Of a stretch of DNA of 64,000 nt, positions 1 through 8,472 are shown in pieces. Position 1 is the first letter of the stretch, and each line of letters opens with the position of its first letter. The position numbers and the translations under genes were made by a program. The notes beneath the pieces were generated by a model that was not told where the DNA came from, did no database searches, and saw only the letters and a program-made list of their open reading frames with translations. The stretch is from an uncultured bacterium (GTDB taxonomy: Bacteria > Babelota > Babeliae > Babelales > Babelaceae), in NCBI GenBank assembly GCA_963722385.1, contig CAVRKK010000002.1, positions 1,024,001 to 1,088,000 on the forward strand, given 5' to 3'.

Positions 1-491
1 ATCAATATTAAGCATGATACATTTTCAGAAACAGAAAAAGGGCATGGTCGAATTGAGATTAGGACTTGTACAACAACCGATCAAATAGGCTGGCTTTCTA
101 AAAAGAATGATTGGGTCTCACTAAAGAGCATTGCCTGTATACAAGCAGAGCGATTGATTGGTAAGAATAAGACTATAGAAAAACGTTACTACATAACAAG
201 TATTCCTGCATCAGCAGAAAGAATATTGCGCGCCGCAAGAAGTCACTGGTTAATAGAGAATTCGATGCATTGGGTACTCGATGTTTGCTTTAATGATGAT
301 CAATCGAGAATTCGAAAAGGTAATGCTCCTCAAAATGTAGCGACCATCAAAAGTTTGGCGCTTAACTTGCTCAAACGAGCCCAGCCATTGGTTGATAAGT
401 ACATCAGTATCAAATGTCTTCGAAAGCTGTCTTGCTGGCAACCTAGCACTTTGGAATTAATTGTCAATCAAATTTAGATGAGCCGGCCCTG
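1..491 (+). mobile_element. ISAs1-family IS, 3' part (transposase C-terminus, stop at 475-477, plus right end)
   Basis: Frame 1 is open from base 1 and shows EKGHGRIEIR, RYYITS, RSHWLIENSMHWVLDVCFNDDQSRIRKGNAP. It ends in GCCGGCCCTG (to 491), matching the CAGGG-type ISAs1 terminus. Confidence 0.9.
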
Positions 492-548
492 AGCTTAAGC
501 AGTCCAGCTTGCAATAAGTAGGAAAATACATTAATCTAACTAGGAAAT

Positions 549-624
549 GCGGGAATAGCTCAATTGGTAGAGTGGCAGCCTTCCAAGCTGTAGGTTGCGG
601 GTTCGAGTCCCGTTTCCCGCACCA
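549..624 (+). tRNA. tRNA-Gly(TCC)
   Basis: Cloverleaf GCGGGAA...TTCCCGC-ACCA, anticodon loop CTTCCAA, T-loop GGTTCGAGTCC. Confidence 0.97.
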
Positions 625-655
625 AGAACAAAGAATTATGGATACAAAGGTGTAC

Positions 656-731
656 GCTGGCGTAGCTCAGTTGGTAGAGCAGCTGATTTGTAATCAGCAG
701 GTCGCTGGTTCAAGTCCAGTCGCCAGCTCCA
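656..731 (+). tRNA. tRNA-Thr(TGT)
   Basis: GCTGGCG...CGCCAGC-TCCA, anticodon arm CTGAT-TTGTAA-TCAG. Confidence 0.97.
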
Positions 732-843
732 TAGTTAATTTGTTTTTTTCTTTTTTTTCAATTACACTAACTAGAAAGTGAGCATGAAAGATGCTTGGGC
801 CCTTGCTCGCACATGAGCGCAGGGAAATAAGGAATATACGTAA

Positions 844-919
844 GCCCACGTAGCTCAGTTGGTAGAGCACTTCCTTGGTAAGGGAGAGGTCACCGGTTCA
901 AGTCCGGTCGCGGGCTCCA
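844..919 (+). tRNA. tRNA-Thr(GGT)
   Basis: GCCCACG...CGCGGGC-TCCA, anticodon loop TTGGTAA; one A-C mismatch in the acceptor stem. Confidence 0.95.
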
Positions 920-950
920 TAAGCAAGACACGCAAAGGTGCAGGCACAAG

Positions 951-1109
951 ATGGCAAAAAATAGGGTGACGACTCATCTAGCATGTGAAACATGCAAGGA
1001 GCGTAATTACTCACAAGTGGTGGGCAAGAAGCGAACGGTTGGCTCGTTAAAGTTGAGCAAATACTGCCCTCGCTGCCGTAAGCATGTGGGACATAAGGAG
1101 ACGAAATAA
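951..1109 (+). CDS. rpmG: 50S ribosomal protein L33 (Zn-binding form)
   Basis: Not in the ORF track. Translates as [20 protein letters not shown]...[16 protein letters not shown] with two CxxC; canonical position before tRNA-Trp/secE. Confidence 0.95.
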   Translation: MAKNRVTTHLACETCKERNYSQVVGKKRTVGSLKLSKYCPRCRKHVGHKETK

Positions 1110-1116
1110 GTTCTAC

Positions 1117-1192
1117 AGGCCAGTAGCTCTAACGGTAGAGCGGCAGACTCCAAATCTGCGGGTTGGGGGTTCGAATCCCTCCTGGCCTGCCA
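1117..1192 (+). tRNA. tRNA-Trp(CCA)
   Basis: AGGCCAG...CTGGCCT-GCCA, anticodon loop CTCCAAA; sits between rpmG and secE. Confidence 0.97.
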
Positions 1193-1225
1193 TAACGTGG
1201 ATACTATTAACACATAAAGAGGTGC

Positions 1226-1432
1226 TTGTTGAACGGTACGATAAAGAACGCAGTCGAATTTCTTGGGCAAGTGAAAGCTGAATTTCTAAAAATTGAGTGG
1301 CCTACGGTTGAGGAGTTCATTGGTTCTACTATAGTAACGCTGGTTCTTGTTTTATTTTTTACCATATTTGTTTTTGGCATAGACCAAGCTATAAAAGCGC
1401 TGGCTAAGTACATTTTTACGTACACTGTGTAG
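1226..1432 (+). CDS. secE: Preprotein translocase subunit SecE
   Basis: FLGQVKAEFLKIEWP motif plus one TM helix; upstream of nusG. Confidence 0.92.
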   Translation: MLNGTIKNAVEFLGQVKAEFLKIEWPTVEEFIGSTIVTLVLVLFFTIFVFGIDQAIKALAKYIFTYTV

Positions 1433-1446
1433 GGATTTAGGGGACA

Positions 1447-1968
1447 ATGAAACGCTGGTATGTTGTCCAGGTTCATGCTGGATATGAAGAGCAAGTTAAA
1501 GCAGATATTCTCAAACGTATCGAAGAAACAGGGCTGCAGGACTTGTTTGGCCAAATCTTAATTCCTTCGGCCAAAATGAAGCAGTTTTTTGAGGTTGGTG
1601 ACGCTATGCGTGACCAACAGCTTTTTCCTGGGTACGTTCTTATTGAACTTGAGCCTGTGCCTGAAGCATTTCGCTTGGTAAGTAGCAGGCAACGCGTATT
1701 ACGGTTTTTGGGTGGCAAGGAACCGGTAGCCCTTTCATCAAAAGAGGTTGAGCGTATTCAGGCACAAGTGAGCGGTGCTGTTGTCGTGCCGACGCAAAAG
1801 CATGAACTTGAAGTTGGAAAAGAAATAGAAATTAGAGGAGGCCCGTTTGCTGGCTTTGTAGGCCTTGTTGATAGGGTCAATGAGGAAAGCGAAAAGCTTA
1901 CGGTGATGGTAAGTATATTTGGCAGAATGACGCCGGTCGAATTGAGCTTCGATCAGGTTAAGCGATAG
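1447..1968 (+). CDS. nusG: Transcription antitermination factor NusG
   Basis: RWYVVQVHAGYE, LFPGYVLIE, KOW domain GPFAGF...VSIFGRMTPVEL. Confidence 0.97.
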   Translation: MKRWYVVQVHAGYEEQVKADILKRIEETGLQDLFGQILIPSAKMKQFFEVGDAMRDQQLFPGYVLIELEPVPEAFRLVSSRQRVLRFLGGKEPVALSSKEVERIQAQVSGAVVVPTQKHELEVGKEIEIRGGPFAGFVGLVDRVNEESEKLTVMVSIFGRMTPVELSFDQVKR

Positions 1969-1983
1969 AAGGGATAATTTTTT

Positions 1984-2403
1984 ATGGCAGAAGTTAAAGC
2001 ACGCATACGAATGCAACTGCCCGGGGGGGCGGCAACTCCAGCGCCACCGGTGGGTTCTTGCCTTGGGCAGCAGCAAGTTAACATCATGGATTTTTGTAAG
2101 CAATTTAACGCTCGTACTGCAGATAGGAAGGGTCAGACGGTACCCGTTCTTGTTACCGTCTATACTGATAAAAAGTTCACTTTTATTGTCAAAAGCGCAC
2201 CCATTGCTGAGCTGATTAAGAAAAAGTTGAACTTAGCTAAGGGCTCTTCGGTGCCTAATAAGCAAAAAGTAGGCAGGCTCTCGCAAAAAGATATCGAAGA
2301 GATAGCGAAGGCAAAACTTGCTGATCTTAATACGATCGATCTTGAACAGGCAAAAAACATTGTTGCAGGCACGGCCCGCAGCATGGGCGTTGAAATTGAA
2401 TAG
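1984..2403 (+). CDS. rplK: 50S ribosomal protein L11
   Basis: GGAATPAPPVG, NIMDFCKQFNART, GTARSMG. Confidence 0.98.
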   Translation: MAEVKARIRMQLPGGAATPAPPVGSCLGQQQVNIMDFCKQFNARTADRKGQTVPVLVTVYTDKKFTFIVKSAPIAELIKKKLNLAKGSSVPNKQKVGRLSQKDIEEIAKAKLADLNTIDLEQAKNIVAGTARSMGVEIE

Positions 2404-2414
2404 GCAAAAGGGCT

Positions 2415-3122
2415 ATGCCGATGGATAATCATGGAAAAAAGTATCAAAAAGCACGTGAGGCAACAACGGGGATAAAGCACGGCCCTGGCCTTTCTCTTGG
2501 GCAAAGTGTTGCCAAGGTAAAAGAGCTGGCGTACGCCCGTTTTGACGAAACAGTGAGCGTCGATGTGAATCTTGGCATTGACCCCCAAAAGGGCGAGCAA
2601 GTGGTTCGCGGTTCGGTCATGCTCCCGCATGGTACGGGGAAAAAGGTAAAAATACTTGTTTTTGCCAAGGGAGATGCTGCTGAGGCGGGGCAGAAAGCAG
2701 GCGCTGATTATGTTGGTGCTGAAGACCTTATTGAAAAAATAGAATCCGGTTGGATGGATTTTAATTACGCGGTTGCGACACCTGACTTGATGGGCATGGT
2801 CGGTAAGGTCGCTAAAATTCTTGGTCCTCGTGGCTTGTTGCCCAACAAAAAATCGGGAACGGTGACCTTTGATGTTGCTGGTGTAGTGAGTGACCTCAAG
2901 AAGGGCAGGCTTTTCTTTAAGAACGATAAGAGTGGTATTGTGCACTTTGCTTTTGGCAAGGTTTCATTTGCCCCTGAGAAACTGAAGGATAACTTACAGG
3001 CATTCTTAAAAGCGCTTGCTGCTTCACGACCGCCAACGGCTAAAGGGGTATTTATTAAAAAAGTGACCGTGTCTTCTACGATGGGCGTGGGTATTCCCGT
3101 GAGCCTTGACGAGATACACTAA
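2415..3122 (+). CDS. rplA: 50S ribosomal protein L1
   Basis: FDETVSV, LPHGTGK, ILGPRGLLPN, SSTMG. Confidence 0.98.
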   Translation: MPMDNHGKKYQKAREATTGIKHGPGLSLGQSVAKVKELAYARFDETVSVDVNLGIDPQKGEQVVRGSVMLPHGTGKKVKILVFAKGDAAEAGQKAGADYVGAEDLIEKIESGWMDFNYAVATPDLMGMVGKVAKILGPRGLLPNKKSGTVTFDVAGVVSDLKKGRLFFKNDKSGIVHFAFGKVSFAPEKLKDNLQAFLKALAASRPPTAKGVFIKKVTVSSTMGVGIPVSLDEIH

Positions 3123-3144
3123 CAAGTTTTTAAGGATATAAGAT

Positions 3145-3666
3145 ATGAATCGTAACGAAAAAGAGCTTGTTGTGGAATCGTTACGCGGTGACTTTCGCAA
3201 GAGCCAGGCAACGTTTCTTGTAGGCGTGCAAGGGCTTACGGTTAGTCAACTACAGCAGCTCAGAAGAAATTTACGGGAACACAAGGGCAAGATGCGTGTT
3301 GCTAAAAATACGCTTGCTAAGATTGTCGCCCACGATATACCAGGCATGCAGGAATTGGCGCCCTACTTAAAGCGGCAGATTGCCATTGTGTTTGCCATGG
3401 GCGAGTCGCCAGCGGTTGCCAAAGTACTCTGGTCGGTCGCGCAAGAAAATGAAAAAGTTGCTCTTGTTGCCGGGTCTTTTGAGTCGCGCATTATTGATAA
3501 AGAAATGATTAAATTTCTTGCTCTATTGCCAGCGCGCCCTGTCTTAGCTGCTCAGGTTTGTGCTGCGGTACAAGCACCATTAACGCGCCATGTTAATCTT
3601 CTTCATGCAGTGCTTGCGCGCTTGCTGTGGGTATTGAGTATGGCAGCTGAAAAGAAACAATCATAG
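3145..3666 (+). CDS. rplJ: 50S ribosomal protein L10
   Basis: GLTVSQLQQLRR, RVAKNTL; lies between rplA and rplL. Confidence 0.95.
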   Translation: MNRNEKELVVESLRGDFRKSQATFLVGVQGLTVSQLQQLRRNLREHKGKMRVAKNTLAKIVAHDIPGMQELAPYLKRQIAIVFAMGESPAVAKVLWSVAQENEKVALVAGSFESRIIDKEMIKFLALLPARPVLAAQVCAAVQAPLTRHVNLLHAVLARLLWVLSMAAEKKQS

Positions 3667-3704
3667 GTAAGGTAAAAGTTCTTTTAAGATATACGGAGAA
3701 TGCT

Positions 3705-4088
3705 ATGTCAACCAAAATCGAACAATTAGTTAATGATATTAGCGGATTAACAGCTCTTGAGCTTGCACAGCTTACTAAATCACTCGAGGGCGTATTTGGC
3801 GTCTCTGCTGCGATGCCAGCAGCAGCAGCTGCTGCTCCTGCTGCTGAAGCCGGTGCCAAGAAAGAAGAAGAAAAGAGCGAGTACAAGGTTGAGCTTATTG
3901 ACGTTGGTGCTAATAAGATTAACGTCATTAAAGCGCTTCGCCAAGTTAACAGCAGCCTCGGCTTGACGCAAGCACGTGAGCTTGTTGATAACGTACCATC
4001 CGTGTTGGCTGAAGCAGCATCTAAAGATGATGCCAAAAAAATGAAGGAAACTCTTGAGGCTGCTGGTGCCAAAGTTAAACTGACATAA
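3705..4088 (+). CDS. rplL: 50S ribosomal protein L7/L12
   Basis: FGVSAA, Ala-rich hinge, KINVIK, LEAAGAKVKL. Confidence 0.98.
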   Translation: MSTKIEQLVNDISGLTALELAQLTKSLEGVFGVSAAMPAAAAAAPAAEAGAKKEEEKSEYKVELIDVGANKINVIKALRQVNSSLGLTQARELVDNVPSVLAEAASKDDAKKMKETLEAAGAKVKLT

Positions 4089-4149
4089 GCAGGCTTCATC
4101 AATCAGCTATACATAGTACATAATTTTGGTTATACGAGGAGCAGATTTG

Positions 4150-7100
4150 ATGCCTAGCTTGCTTGCACGTAATGAGACTATTCGTAGATCATTTGGTAAG
4201 ATCAAAGATATAGTTCCTGTTCCTAATTTAATTGAGATCCAGTCACGCTCGTTTAATGAGTTTGTGCAGCTTGACTATTTGCCAGCAGAAAGGAAAGCGA
4301 TAGGGCTTGAGAAAGTCTTTAGGGATATTTTTCCGATAGATTATAATGATAAGATGTCCCTTGAGTACGTGAGCTATGAGCTTGGTCAATGGGCGTGCAC
4401 CTGTGGGAAGCTTGCGGGAATTGTCAACCGCTATACATGGTCATGTACTTCATGCAAAAAGTCGGATTGCTCACGCTTGGATGATGCGCATACATGTACC
4501 TTTTGCCATAAGCGAACGGCTCGCTATAAAGCGTGCCCAAATTGCTTGTCGCGGGTTACGATTAAGTTGCCATTAACACTTGATGAGTGCCGTTCGAGTG
4601 AGCAAACTTTCTCAATGCCGTTGCGTGTGACCATGCAGCTTATTACCTGGGATCAACCTGAGGGAGGCCAAAAGGTCGTTCGGGATATTAAAGAGCAGGA
4701 TATTTTCTTTGCTGATGTACCTGTTATGGTCGATCTTTACGAGGAGAACGGCCAGATTCTTTTAGGCAACCTAGGGACGTTCTTAATTAATGGCGTTGAT
4801 CGCGTCATTGTGAGCCAGTTGCATCGTTCGCCGGGGGTTATCTTTTCACACAGCAAGCGAGTCAAGGATATTCGCGGCAAGCCCTACTATCTTGCGCGAA
4901 TAATTCCTATGCGGGGGTCGTGGCTTGATTTTGAATTTGATAGCAATGATTTCCTCTATGTTCGTATCGATAAGAAAAAGAAGCTTCTCGTAACAACGTT
5001 CTTGCAGGCGCTGGGCATTGAGCGCGATAAGATTGTTCCGCTCTTTTACCGATTTGATCGCATTATCATGGAGCACGGTGAGTATAGCCAGAGGCTTGAT
5101 GATGCCGTTATGGGAACGCGCATTGAAGCGGGCATGACCGAGCTTGAGAATGAAGAAAATTTTATCGGGAAGCGTATTACCAAAGAGATTGTTGCGCGCC
5201 TTAAAAAGGCAGGCATCGATCGCTTAATTTTGCGTAAGAGCCATGTGCTCAATCGTGTCATCGGTGCCGACGTTGTTGATCCTATTACCGGTCAGATCAT
5301 TCTTGAGACGGGAGCAACGCTTACGCAAGAAGTACTTGATGAGCTTACGAAATATAAAAGCTTGACGATTGACCTTATTGCTTCGGCGGGCTATGTCTTG
5401 CAGCCTACCATTGTCTTGACCTTGAGCCAGGATAAAACGTTTTCTGAAGAAGAAGCCCTTCGTGAGTTGCATGCAAAAATGTGGCCTGGCGATGGTGCTT
5501 CGGTTGCAGAGGCGAAAGAGCACCTTGAGAACCTATTCTTTAATTCGCGGCTCTATGACTTAACCAAGGTAGGCCGTATTCGAATGAATCGGAAGCTCGG
5601 CCTTTCAATTCCTGATGATGTGCTCACGCTTACCCGCGAGGATATACTTGCGACGATTGCGTATCTCATTAACTTGCGTGAGCGGGGTGAGGGCGAGCTT
5701 GACGATATTGACCACTTGGGCAATCGCCGCGTGCGTCTTGTAGGCGAACTGTTAACCAATCAGGTGTATTTAGGGCTTTTGCGTATAGAGCGGATCGTGA
5801 GGGAGCGGTTTAGGCTCCAAGAAACGCATAGCGCTTTGATGCCTCAGGATTTCTTGAATGTTAAGCCATTGAGCGCTGTTCTGCGTGAGTTTTTTGGCAC
5901 GGGCCAGTTATCGCAGTCGATGGATCAAACAAACCCGCTTGCTGAAATTGCGCATAAGCGGAGGCTGTCGGCCCTCGGGCCTGGTGGCGTGCTCAAAGAT
6001 AGGGCAACTTATGAGATCCGCGATGTGCATAATTCCCACTATGGTCGTATATGTCCGATCGAGACACCAGAAGGCCAGACGATTGGTTTGATCTCATCGC
6101 TGGCAACGTATGCGGTGGTCAACGACCTTGGCTTTATAGAAACGGCTTATCGCCCGGTGATTGAAGAAAAGGTACAAGATAAGGTTGTTTTCTTGGACGC
6201 TTTTGAAGAAAGTAGCCAATATATTGCGCAGGCGGATGCGGTTAAAGATGGCGAAAAAATTAAGCAGAAAGAAGTGGTCGCGCGTCACCATGGCAATTTC
6301 CAGTACGTAGATGCAGCACAGATCAGCTTTGTTGACTTGTCGCCTAAACAGCTTGTTTCCGTAGCAACGGCGCTTATTCCCTTTTTGGAGCACGATGACG
6401 CGAGCCGTGCCTTAATGGGTGCTAATATGCAGCGTCAGGCAGTACCGCTTATTAGAACGCAGCCGGCTACCGTTGGAACGGGCATGGAGAAGGAAATTGC
6501 GCGTGGATCGGGTGCTTGCGTCGCAGCACGGCGTAATGGCGTGGTAGATTATGTTTCAGCTGATAAGATTGTTGTCCGCGCTCATGAATCAGATTTTAAA
6601 AATACGGATGAGTGGATTTCCCAAGGTGTTGATATCTACCATCTGAGAAAATTCCAACGCTCAAGTTATAGCACCTGGATTCACCAGACGCCAATTGTCC
6701 AGCAAGGGAATCAGGTTCGAGCAGGTGATTTGTTGACGAATGCAGCATCGATTAACAGAGGTGAGCTCGCGCTCGGTGCCAACTTGCTCGTAGCGTTTAT
6801 GCCGTGGAACGGCTATAACTTTGAGGACGCTATTGTTCTTAATGAGCGACTCGTTGCTGAGGATGTTTTTACCTCAGTACACATTGATGAGTACGTTGCC
6901 GATGCTCGTGAAACGAAGCTTGGCCCTGAAGAGATTACGCGTGATATTCCTAACGTAAGCGAATCGGCTCTTGTCGGTTTGGACGAGGATGGTGTTGTGC
7001 GTATTGGCACGCGGGTGCGGCCGGGCGATATTTTGGTTGGTAAAGTGACGCTCAAGGGCGATGTTCAATACTCTCCTGAAGAAAAGCTCTTGCGAGCAAT

Positions 7101-8472
7101 CTTTGGTGAAAAATCACGTGAAGTGAGGGACACTTCCTTGCGCGTACCACCAGGCATTGAGGGCACCGTTATTGATGTTAAAATATTTTCGCGTAGTGGC
7201 GCTCGTAAGGATAAGCGATACAAAGAGTTTGTTACCCAGGAAACCAACAGGCTGCAGGCAGAGTTTGAGATGTACCGAAGCTCGCTTGAGAAAATGGTAA
7301 GTCAAAAATTTGTTGCTGAGCTTCACGAAAAAGAGCCACAGGGCAAGGTCTCTGCAAAGCTGTTGGCCAAAAAGCTTTTTGACGCTGCCAAGCTAGCTGA
7401 GCTGGCTTTTGATGAGCTTATCGTTTTGCGGTCAACTGAAAAGAAGGTAAATACGCTGCTTGATGACCTTAAGGCGACGTTTGATAACCAGTTAAGGATA
7501 CTTGCGGGCTTGCAGGAAGAAAAAGTTGAAAAGCTCAAGCGCGGGGATCCATTACCATCTGGCGTTATCAAAATGGTTAAGGTATATATTGCGATGAAGC
7601 GGGCGATCCAGGCGGGCGATAAGCTGGCCGGGCGCCATGGCAACAAGGGAGTAGTCTCGATTATTGTACCTCGGGAAGATATGCCGTTTCTTGATGACGG
7701 CACCGCGGTTGATATTGTGCTCAATCCGATAGGCGTCCCATCACGTATGAACGTGGGCCAAATTTTGGAGACGATATTGGGCATGGCGGGGCGCACGTTG
7801 GGTAAGGGCGTGGGTCATATGCTTGAAGCTGCTCGTTATGGCGAGGTAAAAAAGCTGCTTGAGAAATATTATGGCAGTGAGCTTATCAAATCATATGACG
7901 CTACCTATGGCAAAGAAGGAATTCTTGAGCTTGCGCGCAGGACGGCGGCTTATGGTGTCTTGTACAGAACCCCTGTTTTTGATGGTGGAACGTTTGAAGG
8001 CGATATACGGCCTTTATTAGCCGAAGCTGATTTACCACAAACAGGAACCTTTAGGCTGCGCGATGGGCGTACCAATGAGTATTTCGATCAATCGGTTACC
8101 GTCGGCTCGATTTACATGATGAAGCTTAATCACATGGTTGATGATAAGCTGCACGCTCGATCGGTCGGACCGTACTCATTAGTGACGCAGCAACCACTCG
8201 GTGGTAAAGCGCAGATGGGTGGTCAGCGTTTTGGTGAAATGGAAATATGGGCACTTGAGGCATATGGGGCTTCTTATTCCTTGCAAGAGGTGCTTACGGT
8301 GAAGTCAGATGACGTTGCGGGTCGCCATAAGGTATATGAAGCGATCGTACGTGGCGAGGATGTTCCGGAGCCAGGCATACCAGAGTCATTTAATGTATTG
8401 ATTAAAGAGCTGCAAAGCTTAGGCGTGCGCGTTGATCTCTTTAAGAGTGGCAAGGAGGACGTTAGTGAGTAA
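4150..8472 (+). CDS. rpoB: RNA polymerase beta subunit (ATG 4150 preferred; ORF open from 4126)
   Basis: SQLHRSPG, HYGRICPIETPEG, GDKLAGRHGNKG, GGQRFGEME. Confidence 0.99.
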   Translation: MPSLLARNETIRRSFGKIKDIVPVPNLIEIQSRSFNEFVQLDYLPAERKAIGLEKVFRDIFPIDYNDKMSLEYVSYELGQWACTCGKLAGIVNRYTWSCTSCKKSDCSRLDDAHTCTFCHKRTARYKACPNCLSRVTIKLPLTLDECRSSEQTFSMPLRVTMQLITWDQPEGGQKVVRDIKEQDIFFADVPVMVDLYEENGQILLGNLGTFLINGVDRVIVSQLHRSPGVIFSHSKRVKDIRGKPYYLARIIPMRGSWLDFEFDSNDFLYVRIDKKKKLLVTTFLQALGIERDKIVPLFYRFDRIIMEHGEYSQRLDDAVMGTRIEAGMTELENEENFIGKRITKEIVARLKKAGIDRLILRKSHVLNRVIGADVVDPITGQIILETGATLTQEVLDELTKYKSLTIDLIASAGYVLQPTIVLTLSQDKTFSEEEALRELHAKMWPGDGASVAEAKEHLENLFFNSRLYDLTKVGRIRMNRKLGLSIPDDVLTLTREDILATIAYLINLRERGEGELDDIDHLGNRRVRLVGELLTNQVYLGLLRIERIVRERFRLQETHSALMPQDFLNVKPLSAVLREFFGTGQLSQSMDQTNPLAEIAHKRRLSALGPGGVLKDRATYEIRDVHNSHYGRICPIETPEGQTIGLISSLATYAVVNDLGFIETAYRPVIEEKVQDKVVFLDAFEESSQYIAQADAVKDGEKIKQKEVVARHHGNFQYVDAAQISFVDLSPKQLVSVATALIPFLEHDDASRALMGANMQRQAVPLIRTQPATVGTGMEKEIARGSGACVAARRNGVVDYVSADKIVVRAHESDFKNTDEWISQGVDIYHLRKFQRSSYSTWIHQTPIVQQGNQVRAGDLLTNAASINRGELALGANLLVAFMPWNGYNFEDAIVLNERLVAEDVFTSVHIDEYVADARETKLGPEEITRDIPNVSESALVGLDEDGVVRIGTRVRPGDILVGKVTLKGDVQYSPEEKLLRAIFGEKSREVRDTSLRVPPGIEGTVIDVKIFSRSGARKDKRYKEFVTQETNRLQAEFEMYRSSLEKMVSQKFVAELHEKEPQGKVSAKLLAKKLFDAAKLAELAFDELIVLRSTEKKVNTLLDDLKATFDNQLRILAGLQEEKVEKLKRGDPLPSGVIKMVKVYIAMKRAIQAGDKLAGRHGNKGVVSIIVPREDMPFLDDGTAVDIVLNPIGVPSRMNVGQILETILGMAGRTLGKGVGHMLEAARYGEVKKLLEKYYGSELIKSYDATYGKEGILELARRTAAYGVLYRTPVFDGGTFEGDIRPLLAEADLPQTGTFRLRDGRTNEYFDQSVTVGSIYMMKLNHMVDDKLHARSVGPYSLVTQQPLGGKAQMGGQRFGEMEIWALEAYGASYSLQEVLTVKSDDVAGRHKVYEAIVRGEDVPEPGIPESFNVLIKELQSLGVRVDLFKSGKEDVSE

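Noticed and set aside
844..919. A5-C68 mismatch in tRNA-Thr(GGT) as a sign of pseudogene or editing
   Set aside because: A single stem mismatch is commonly tolerated; all other elements are intact.
572..1281. ORFs 572-781, 1007-1270 and 1084-1281
   Set aside because: They overlap tRNA genes and rpmG; shadow ORFs.
2160..4102. Long antisense ORFs over rplA and rplL (and similar ones within rpoBC and pnp)
   Set aside because: Typical antisense shadows of conserved genes, with no recognisable motifs.
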